Shown here one piece after another: positions 54,201-64,000 of a stretch of DNA of 64,000 nt. The translations under genes were made by a program, and so were the position numbers. The notes under the pieces are model-generated. The model saw only the letters and a program-made list of their open reading frames with translations, was not told where the DNA came from and did not search any database. Position 1 is the first letter of the stretch; every line of letters begins with the position of its first letter. The stretch is from Balanoglossus misakiensis (lineage: Eukaryota; Animalia; Hemichordata). The stretch is taken from assembly GCA_040954595.2 (NCBI GenBank), contig CM082583.2:6756849-6820848 (forward strand), given 5' to 3'.

Positions 54201-57200
54201 AATATGGCATTGATTTTTCTACTAACACATCATTCATCATTGTGGACAATCTACCAAGTTCACAAAAAGTTATAACTTTATTACGAAACTCCTGCCCCCT
54301 TTTCCCTGTCGAGTTCATTGCCCAATCTCAGAAAATGTGTTTTTGTCCGTTGCATGATTGCCAAAGCGGGTTGGTTTGTAATAAGATTTCAGGTTAGAAT
54401 GTGCCTTTTGATGAGTGTAAATATGCAGGCGTAGTTTTCAGAAATTTGTGGATTTTTTCTTCTTGATAGATCACACATTATTCCCACCTCCAATATCCCC
54501 TCAACCCATCACAACATTTTTGACTGTCAATGTACAGTACTGAGTTGAGGGAGAATTTCCCATGAATATCTGGACACAACTGACCAAAGGTTCCAGACTC
54601 AAGTAATTTATTGCTTTCAGAATTTCCATGCATAGATGATCATAGAATGTAGTTCAGTTGTAACGGCACTACACGGAGATACGCCATATGCATCACGTCT
54701 GGTGAAAATTCTGACATTGCACCACCTGCACTCACAAAAGAATTAGCCAAAGTCTTCCGATCTTCTGAAAGTGCACCCCGGGTGACCTTTAACCCCTCAC
54801 TGTCCTTCAGCCACTTTTTAAAAAGACTTCCAAACTATTGTGGGATCTGGGTTGACATCATAAGGCACATTCTACCCATAATGCATCAGTCATTTTCACA
54901 TCAATTTTAATTGTCTGTGCTTGCTTTCGCATATTCCTATTTTTTCTCCAATGTAATATTTGCCACTGGTTTTTAATACCGAGCTGGGCTGGCTGGCTGG
55001 GTAGGGTGACACGTACAGAATGATATGCCTCTATTGCTCATGCCTGCTTCCATATGCCTCCATTCCACCCTCCTCCTCCCCCTGCAGATAGCCCAAGGAG
55101 TATAGACACTGACAATGACCATGAAAGTCGTCTTTCTGAGAGTTCAGGATCAACTGTGCTTCTGACAACAGGCGAGTTGGCTCAGCTCATCGAGGAGGCC
55201 AACCAGTCCATAGAGGAGATGGACGACGAGAGCCTGATTGTGGTGGTGCTTCACAAAGACGACGATCATCAAGTGCTGGGGTTGACCATAGCTGGTGGCT
55301 CTGACCAGGAAGTTAAAGACATCACAGTGAGTGTCAAAAGATGTGTGGATGCCATTGGATGGTGCAGGATCATTCCAAAGAATATACAATTCATGTATTA
55401 TATTTTCACTGTGTTATGGGCTTCTTTCCTGCAGACGACCACCTCCATTCACTACAAGCAGCATTGCCGATCGAGCCATGATCTCATTAACATGGTTTCG
55501 CGTGTTTGCAGACTCGAATATTTTCAGTGAATCATTGATGCCATAATCCTTGTGTTCTTCTAAAACCACTGAGATGGTTGAAGGAGAAATGTGTCTCTAT
55601 GTAGTGAGTTTTTATTCTATATGTCCATGCCAGTTGTTGATGTATATTTACACGACTGCATCTTGCCACTAGGTACACCGAGTTATCCACGGTGGTTTGG
55701 CCAGCAGGGAAGGTCGACTGCAGCCCGGTGACCGGCTTCTTTCCATCAACGGCAAATCACTGCAAGGTGTCACTCACTCACAGGCCCATGGCTACCTCAA
55801 AGTGGATCGCAGTTACTTCGTTCTGGTTGTGTCCAAGAAGTCGGCACCCAGAAAACCCGAAGGTATGGTTGATAATTACAGATAATCTTTTTGTTGGAAA
55901 ATCATAATTAGTGAAACCAATCTGACTATTGGGTTTATTTCTGTTTTTTCATAAAGTGGTGTTTTACTATTTTAGGTGGCAAGACAGATGGAGCCAAGTC
56001 CGTCACGGTAGAGTTGGTGAAAGGTTCTGCCGGTGTAGGGTTCAGTTTGGAAGGCGGGAAAAATTCTCCCAAAGGAGATGTTCCAATCACTGTCAAGAGA
56101 GTCTTCATAGGTGAGTAATATTGAAAACTAAGAAAATAAAAAAATATCCAAATTCCATCATATCCATGAAAGTGTGTATTCTTTTTTTTCAAAATGGCTG
56201 CATTCCTTCTTGTTTTGTGAAGGCCGTTTTACACTATGGCAAACCAAATGTGAAATTCTAAATGTTCTGTCTTCAATGCTTGCTTAAGTTTGCCAAGCTA
56301 TGGAACTCTATTAATGGGTTTCTTTGCACGGTTTGTTTCATTTGCTGCTGCTGCCAGATATTTGACGCGTTTGAGTAAGTCACATGATCTGTTGCTGTCA
56401 TGGTGATTAAAATGGTGACAATAATGCATGTCGGTTGTGTATGAGACACCAAAAGTTCTACCCAGTTGAGCCAACATATTTAACACTATCACCACCAAAT
56501 TGTTTCAACCAATTGGTTGAATTCGTGTACAGGGAAAGGTGGATGATGGGCTTAACATTGTGGTGTTTCAACAACGCTTCGTTGTGTCAAAATAGCTATC
56601 CCTAAATTGGAAAATTACGACAAGGGGGGGGGGGGGGGGGGGGGTTCTATAAAATCCAAGTCATTTACCGGTATGTGCTTTTTAATTTATGTATTGTGCT
56701 TGTATTTCATTCCCACTTTGATTGATACCTCTTTCAAAAGTAGCTGTGCTAAAATCACCTCAACTCTCCTTTTTTCTTCTTCTGGACTTTCCATAGACTC
56801 TTATCCTCTTATGGAAACTAATAATTGGTTATTCTCATTCCTTCATGATGTACCCTGTTTTTTTTTTTTAAAGTTAACAACTGTTAAGCTTTCTTGGAGT
56901 TAAAGAGTTTCAAATTTCACATTTCTTCTAGAAGTTATGGGTGGAAGGTTTTGTGAGGGTAATAAAGTGCGCCCTCTATCCTTGACACTCCCTTGCATGA
57001 GTTAGTGTGCCCTCAGTGTCTGAAATGATAAGTGAATGACAACCCTGGTTGATTTGGCTTTTTTGATGTTTTTGTGTGTTTTTCAGGAGGAGTTGCAGAG
57101 AAAAGTGGTGTAGTCCACGTCGGGGATATTCTTCTGAAGATAAACGGCCAGGATGTGAGTGAGAAGTCTCACTTTGAAGCTTGGGCGATCCTGAAAAACC

Positions 57201-57253
57201 TACCGCTTGAAAAAATCACCTTGGAAATTGTCAAAAAAGACAAGTCCAGTTGA
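11825..57253 (+). CDS. PDZD2: PDZD2 / pro-interleukin-16 family multi-PDZ scaffold (9 PDZ domains, about 3882 aa, 22 coding exons)
   Basis: Exons 11825-12297, 19986-20358, 20707-20843, 23991-24129, 24460-24663, 26485-26710, 26962-27035, 29528-29679, 31055-31215, 31960-32077, 33207-33339, 33817-33916, 34182-34243, 36096-37484, 37907-39873, 40260-40409, 45352-45491, 48936-53855, 55088-55326, 55673-55862, 55976-56110, 57087-57253 splice in frame (11649 nt). N-terminus MPISEDNA resembles PDZD2 MPITQDNA. C-terminal [22 protein letters not shown] and [12 protein letters not shown] match IL16/PDZD2. Adjacent to GOLPH3. Confidence 0.85.
16421..16506. mobile_element. 86-bp degenerate MITE-like element
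   Basis: Imperfect terminal inverted repeats TAGTTTAGTATCTAGTCG / CGGCTAGATACTAGACCA; flanking near-direct repeat TGAGGCGTG / GGAGGCGTG. Confidence 0.6.
19986..20843 (+). CDS. PDZD2: PDZD2-like exons 2-3 (19986-20358, 20707-20843): end of PDZ1, Pro-rich linker, start of PDZ2
   Basis: [19 protein letters not shown]; [25 protein letters not shown]; canonical sites with matching phases. Confidence 0.88.
23991..24663 (+). CDS. PDZD2: PDZD2-like exons 4-5 (23991-24129, 24460-24663)
   Basis: [31 protein letters not shown] completes PDZ2; exon 5 ends AAG|GTGAGT. Confidence 0.85.
26485..27035 (+). CDS. PDZD2: PDZD2-like exons 6-7 (26485-26710, 26962-27035): PDZ3
   Basis: [58 protein letters not shown]. 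Confidence 0.92.
29528..33339 (+). CDS. PDZD2: PDZD2-like exons 8-11 (29528-29679, 31055-31215, 31960-32077, 33207-33339): end of PDZ3, PDZ4
   Basis: KGFVTLTVR; [32 protein letters not shown]; consistent phases. Confidence 0.85.
33817..34243 (+). CDS. PDZD2: PDZD2-like exons 12-13 (33817-33916, 34182-34243)
   Basis: Good pyrimidine-rich acceptors and donors (G|GTGTGT, CAG|GTATGT); the frame bridges exon 11 to exon 14. Confidence 0.65.
34333..34768. mobile_element. 436-bp foldback MITE with 199-bp inverted arms and TA flanks (Tc1/mariner-type signature)
   Basis: 34331-34531 is the reverse complement of 34570-34770 with no mismatch seen; 38-nt spacer; ends TA|CAGCCG...CGGCTG|TA. Confidence 0.9.
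36096..37484 (+). CDS. PDZD2: PDZD2-like exon 14 (Ser/acidic region, PDZ5, start of PDZ6)
   Basis: Long ORF with [20 protein letters not shown]; TTTAG acceptor, CAG|GTTGGT donor. Confidence 0.9.
36432..36503 (+). repeat. Coding tandem duplication, 2 x 36 nt ([12 protein letters not shown])
   Basis: Identical 12-aa units that differ by 8 synonymous substitutions. Confidence 0.9.
37617..37802 (+). repeat. Degenerate TGACC-rich intronic tract
   Basis: About nine TGACC copies plus variants within about 185 bp. Confidence 0.7.
37907..39873 (+). CDS. PDZD2: PDZD2-like exon 15 (end of PDZ6, acidic/Pro-rich region)
   Basis: [18 protein letters not shown]; donor AA|GTAAGT. Confidence 0.9.
40260..45491 (+). 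CDS. PDZD2: PDZD2-like exons 16-17 (40260-40409, 45352-45491): PDZ7
   Basis: [23 protein letters not shown]|[10 protein letters not shown] joined across a phase-2 intron. Confidence 0.85.
48691..48859. mobile_element. 169-bp MITE with 18-bp TIR and 9-bp target-site duplication
   Basis: TAGACTCTCTCACAGCCC...GGGCTGTGAGAGAGTCTA flanked by CTAATAACT at 48682-48690 and 48860-48868. Confidence 0.82.
48936..53855 (+). CDS. PDZD2: PDZD2-like giant exon 18 (4920 nt, low-complexity S/P/E/T-rich)
   Basis: 1628-aa ORF, higher GC than the introns; CACAG acceptor and G|GTAAGA donor, both phase 1. Confidence 0.9.
55088..57253 (+). CDS. PDZD2: PDZD2-like exons 19-22 (55088-55326, 55673-55862, 55976-56110, 57087-57253): IL-16-like PDZ8 and PDZ9, stop codon
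   Basis: [35 protein letters not shown]; [38 protein letters not shown]; TGA at 57251-57253. Confidence 0.93.
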
Positions 57254-59900
57254 TGACTTTATACTGTTAACAGAGATGACCTTTTTTGGCCTGAAATCAA
57301 ATTAATTTACATCTTTTTTGTTGACTATGAAAAAGAATATATGTTGCCTGATTATATTGGAGTATTATACACTTTCTATCACCTTGACAGAAAATTCATT
57401 GAAAGCACTTTTTATTTGAAAATGATGTTTTTTGTCAGATATAAAATCCTCTGAGGTATGCATATCACTATATGAAAATATGGACACTGTTACTGTATTT
57501 ATTATAAAAACAAATTTTGCCAGATCTATATTGCAGTCTATAGTGTGAGCCCCATTTTGTGATTTTTTTCTGCTTTAGTGAGAAATTCATTATATTTGAA
57601 TAGGTAAGAGTACATTGATAAAACTATGCTTTGCCCTTTTCTTTCATCTAAAGAAATTTATTTTTCATAATTTCTATCATATTCACATATATTTGAGTTA
57701 CCGCTTAATATGAATCTAGGTGTTTATACATTTTTGTTTGATACTATATATGCACAATCTAATATTCTATACTGTGTGAGCAATAACTTATATTTCCTGA
57801 ATTCCTCAAGTAAATGACAGTTCATGTATGTCTAAAGTCCTATTACCAGCCATAGATTAATCAAGAAATGTAAAATTTTGTAAGTGCATCGACCACAAGA
57901 GAGCAGTATACAGTGAGAGTACCTGGTGAACAGGGTTGTAAGATGATATAACCCTGGGTGAAGTCAATCTACAGTATTATTGACTGACATCATGACAATG
58001 TATAGACCCTTATACTAAGGGTCTGTAGTCTGATTTGGTCATGTTCCATGAATTTTGTCAATCATGACTTTGATGAACTAAACTACATACAAGAGATTCC
58101 GAGATCAACAAATAATGGTGCTGAAGGAAGAAGAACGCTCATTAATTTATGCAAAAGAAGAGTACTAGTGTCTACAAGTTGGAAGTTGGCTGGCTAGCTG
58201 GATGCACATGTGCCTTACTTATGATTGGACACATTTATCACATGACTTAAAACTTGATCTCTGATTGGACACAGAGTGTGCCTTACTCATGGCAGTCGAT
58301 TGTTTGTCTCTGTGACACAAGACGTCACACTTCACCAATACATCTAGTCTCACCTTCCAATGAGATGGAGCCTTCCTGTATCGATCAAGAACGGGAGTAA
58401 GAAAAATCCAAAAGGGCGTAATTTGACCCTAGTAGTCCGTGCAGTGACCTCTGCCAATCAGTGGTTCATTTTCATCAACACATCGACTGCTTAAAGACAC
58501 AATTGATGACCATCAGCACCTTTCCGAACGGAGTAGAGTATATCCTGTATTATTATTGATTTTTTTTATGAGTATGCTGGCTTTGTCCCCCTTTCCACAC
58601 TTTCAAATAGTATCATCCAAAACAAAATGCATACAATTTGGATCATGCTACTTAAATCTGGAGGGAGTATATACTTTTATTTGATTTGCTGTGTATTTTA
58701 TGTATATATTGTTTGCTTGTATATATTCTTTGTTTCAATCATAGCACAAGATGTACATAATGTATTTGAAAATACTTTAACATATTTTTTTTAATTTGCC
58801 AACTTTTTTGAGGGATTGGTGGCTTTTGAGTTATTTACAGACATCAACAATGTGCTGAAAATTGGCACCATTGTCAAATCAAGAAGTACACTTTCCCAAT
58901 AGAAAACATTTGCCATTTCCAGTGTACTGGATATCAGTAAGAAGAATTGAGTAGCTGTTCATATAGAACAATGTGAAAATACCGGTGATTATTACAACCA
59001 GATTTGACAAATCAACTGACGACAATTCCCTCAAAAAGTTTGATTTGTATAGTTAACATTTTTTTTTACATCACAGAGGTCAGATTTGAACGTGGTGATG
59101 GTATAGGAAAGTTAAGGAACCAGAATTGACCACGAGCAGCTGATTTAAACTGCCTTCCAAAGTGGTCTACGACAAAATCACTTTTGTCTTCCATGTGAAT
59201 ATTTTGCCAAAACTTTTCAAGTGGCTGAATTTTTAAGTGCCTTCAATTACAGTTAGTAGAAGTGGGAGAGGGTTATTTGGTGTAGATCTAACTAGTGAAA
59301 AAACAGAGTGCCTTATGGAGGGTGGGGGGGGGGTAGTACTAGTTACCATGGATACATAGAACGTCAGTACGTGTAGTTGAGAAAGATTGTAAGGGTGGAA
59401 CCAAGTTACACCTTGCTTTTTTGCGTAATGCGTTCGGCGTTCGGGTCGCGCTACGTATTACAAAGACAGATGGCAACCAGCTTACATGTTTGTCGGAAAC
59501 AGTCTCCAAGTCTTGTAGTATTTCAAGTGGAAACCGGAACTTCATACACATAGCAATACATAAAAACCATGATTATATTAACAAGATTTCTCTCACGGTG
59601 TTGATGCCGACGGTATATGATAATTCAAACATTTCACTTCATAATGTCAGTTATTTTAGCAACAGTGCTAGTGTAACATTAATGAACATCAGATGTAATA
59701 ACTTTAACTACTGTATTTACGTTTGAAACTATTTTTTTTTAAGATTCAACTATTGGGAAGAGGGTATATACATTGAAATCTGGACAGAGAGCATTAACTA
59801 CTTTATATCAACAATTGTAACATGAATTTATAATTATTTATCCTTCAAAATAGGAAATGTTTACCCTTCAACACATAACGTATTAACTCCATATAATTGG

Positions 59901-59906
59901 AATAAA
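59901..59906 (+). terminator. Candidate polyadenylation signal of the PDZD2-like gene
   Basis: AATAAA followed by U/GU-rich sequence, about 2.65 kb after the stop codon. Confidence 0.4.
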
Positions 59907-60533
59907 AGCTTCAGATATTGAATGTACACCTGAAATTTGTTTTAATTTAGATGAATACCAGTTTTGTTTTACCAGTTAAATGCCAGAATAGTATACCTTG
60001 GGTAGATAATCTAATACGCGTTTTGCTTTGGGGAATTGCTAGCGTGGTTCTTGTGAAACACAGTACATTTTCTGAACATGGATGATTAATCATGTGTAAT
60101 TTCTGCATATTCAACCATAGACTGCATTTGATTTTGTGCATATAGAGGGCGATAAACATATTGAAATTGGTGGAAGATTGAGACTGCACACAGCGCCACC
60201 AGTGGTGGAAATGAGACGGGGGGGGGGGGCAAGATTACTGCCAGATGCCACATTGACAGGTCAATACATGTAACAGCATTGTGGGAGATCACAGTTACTG
60301 TACATGCTAATTTACTACACTTGCCCAATTCTGTTTTATCACATGACCTGCCTTAAATCTCCATCCAGTTGGTGCCATTGGCAGCACACAGATATATTCA
60401 GCTAATAGCATTGCATAGTCACGTCGGTATGGAACTTGGTCCGAAGGAATATGGCATTGGAGTAGCTGAAGGGCCGTCAGGGTCAAAAAGAGTAAGACGC
60501 ACATAAACATTTTTGTTTCAACCACTGTGACGC

Positions 60534-60539
60534 TTTATT
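60534..60539 (-). terminator. Candidate polyadenylation signal of GOLPH3
   Basis: TTTATT on the plus strand (AATAAA on minus) with GU-rich sequence downstream on the minus strand. Confidence 0.45.
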
Positions 60540-62549
60540 ATCAACATATGCAAACGTCCATTCATTACATATGCAAATGTCCAACTCCATACTTGTCTTC
60601 GAAGGGTCCCAGGTGGACTTTGCTAAATTAAAGAAACAAAAACAACTACCCAATCCTATTCCCCTGCATACTTAAATAAATCACTACTTTCCAATATCCA
60701 TGTACAATGGTTTTTTAAAAATGAAACGACATCCACGGCAACTGCGTGTTTCACAAATGTTATAAACAGGAAATGAAGATATCTTAAATAAAAAGCTAGA
60801 AACAAGAATTATGTTAGGGTAATGTTTTGTGACTAGTTACAGGCGTTTCATATGATCATGCAAAGTCAATTGTGAAAATCTACACCTAAATGTGGCTATC
60901 TTTCTTTGTTGTTGCCACAGGTCAGTTTAACAGTTTGGGGGGGGGAAAGGGGAAAAAAATAAAAATCCTTTGGGCAAACTAAATCTTGAGGCACTGTAGT
61001 ACAACACTAAAATACATGTACATGAAAAAAAAATTTACAATTTGAACATTTAAAAATGTAGCCATTCGTTTAGAATCATCTGTGAACTAGGATAATGAAA
61101 TTGTGACTATTTTTTTTTCTGTCGGAACCAAAATTATAGTTGGTTGAACCATACGGGGGGAAAAAACCTAGTACTACCCTGCTGATTTGTGGAACAACTC
61201 TTTAAGTATGTAATAACTTTACGTATGTAATGTAAGATTGAAAGCAAATTCAGCGCGAGTGTAGATGCATATATTCTTTCCCCTAACTATAATAATTATT
61301 TGTATCTGATAATAAATATATTAACATAAGCCAAATTAGATAAATGGAAATTGAGTATTCTAGTGCTCAACATTTCTGTGATTTGCAGATATTTCTTACC
61401 ATGTAAACAGAGTCTTTAAAATTATAACAGCTGAGAAACTAATATTAAAAAATAAAATAAAACCATAACAATTACACCTGAAGCTTGTGAAAGACCATGT
61501 GTCTGACATTGTACGAATATTGTAACATGCGAGAACTACTGTGATGTGCAGGATACAATTTCCGAAGAATTGAAAAAATAGGATGTAATTGTGGGACAGA
61601 AATCCGTATTCTTATAACACATCATTTCACTGACAAATGATGAATTTGTTTATGTACAGAAACACGTAGAGTTCATCTGTCATGTTGGTGTAGTGGAGAA
61701 AAAGCGGCTGTTCCCTCCATTCACTTGTTGGAAAGTTTTTTTGTCTTCCTATTAGTAGTAGTCGACCAGTTACTGTGCGCTATTTAACTCGAATCAGATG
61801 TCTCCACAGCCATCTTTATACAAAGATGGAACTCTATTCAGGTGAATCTTAATGCCTGTCGCTTCATATTAATAGAAACCACACTGAAAACAGCTTTGAT
61901 AAACACACCTTGTGGAAAACATGGCATTTATAAACATCTGCCACAAAAGAAATAATTAGTCTTTTGGTTGACCGACTCCGATCTGCCCTCCTAGCATGCA
62001 GTACATAATACAGAACCACACACTGAGTGGACTCATCATCCCAACATATTTATTTTCAATTTCTCCATATTTGCACTGACTAAAATCTACACCCTTTTAA
62101 TACAACGTCAATCTGACACCACCTCAACGTACACCGATGTCTACTTCTTCAAAAGAAAACTCCCCCTTAACAATACCCTCTGAACATAGTTATAAAGAAA
62201 CAAAAAAATATGACAGTGGTTAGGTTCAAACTAGAGACGTTATCAGAAAAAGCTGAGAAAATTTCCTATTTACAATACCCTTTCGAAATTCATGTTCTGT
62301 TCTGTTCTGTTCTGCGTTGGATTTGATGTGAATCTGAAAAGTCACTACAACTCCACAATAGAGGAATAATATGGAATGTCCTCTTTCGAAATTCCTAAAG
62401 TTTGAGCATGTAATTTTTTTTAATTTATTCATGAAAAGTCCGCTGCCCATGCTACCTTGGCCTCATGCCATACCCAATAAATGAAATAATGACAGTCTTT
62501 TTTATGTCATGTTCATGTCCAAAATTGTTTGTTCTTGTCGGTATGGCTA

Positions 62550-63269
<720 letters not shown>

Positions 63270-64000
63270 TCATGGCCAGAAAACGGCAGAAACAAGGCAT
63301 GTAGTATTTGCATACAGATGTGCATTTCAAGTCAGAAGAATGAAATGTACACGCATGTCACGCACAGATAAAAGCTCCCCATTTTTCACTATGGAAATAA
63401 ACATTTTCTCAGGACCACTTTTCAATTCTGGCAGATTTGCTGGTTGCCAGCTATTTTCCGAATTCCTGCTGGCACATAATTTAAAACACTGGTCAAAGTA
63501 TGTGAAGCTTTTATGTGCTTACACATATTGGGGAATATAAGCTGGAAAAATATGACAAAACAGGTGATTAAGTTATGCCACATTTTGCCAGGAACTCGTA
63601 TTTTTAAATTATTGATACATGTGTTGAAAATGTAAGATCAGTCGTAATATTTCATACTGATTTGCACCGTGCACCATTACAATGAAAATGCAACATTACA
63701 ATAGCAGTCATTGTTTCATGACAACATCTGTGAATTCCAAAAGCCCAACGGATTTGCCTCTGAAATCAACATAGCACACTAACACCTCTGTGAAAATTAA
63801 TTTCTCATATGTACACACAGTACATGTTTGTGATCGACCACTAATCTAAGTGTCTCACAAATTACGAGATTAAACGGCAAAAAAAACCCCGGCCATCTGA
63901 GATGCAACCTACTGGTGGAAATAATCTGGCTCGGTGTTGGCAATCCTGTTTGTCAAGATACAGAGCTATGAAAAACCCTAATCCCTGCTGTTTCTTCAGA

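Noticed and set aside
59339-59484. Possible degenerate MITE (CTAGTTACCAT...ATGGCAACCAG)
   Set aside because: Short imperfect TIR and no TSD.
60191-60208. CTCF-like motif between the convergent 3' ends
   Set aside because: Only the GGTGGCGC half matches the consensus.

Overview
AT-rich eukaryotic (animal, probably invertebrate) genomic DNA with GT-AG introns; no prokaryotic features, CRISPR arrays or clear RNA genes seen. Four protein-coding genes. (1) A minus-strand SEL1-repeat/TPR/MYND-finger gene (130-2385) lies head-to-head with (2) an NLR-like gene (about 3892-9751) of unusual architecture: HEPN-like RxxxxH domain, coiled coil, NB-ARC/STAND NTPase, clamp-type TPR, parallel beta-helix, MYND finger. 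(3) A 22-exon, about 3880-aa, nine-PDZ PDZD2/pro-IL-16-family gene (11825-57253) with a 4.9-kb exon. (4) The last two coding exons of GOLPH3 (minus strand), tail-to-tail with the PDZD2-like gene as in human. Introns hold a foldback element with 199-bp arms and several tiny TAG...CTA elements. The best candidate for an undescribed system is the divergent MYND-bearing pair centred on the HEPN-STAND protein. All exon models were built by eye from splice signals and frame continuity. Domain and family calls come from recalled motifs, not database searches.
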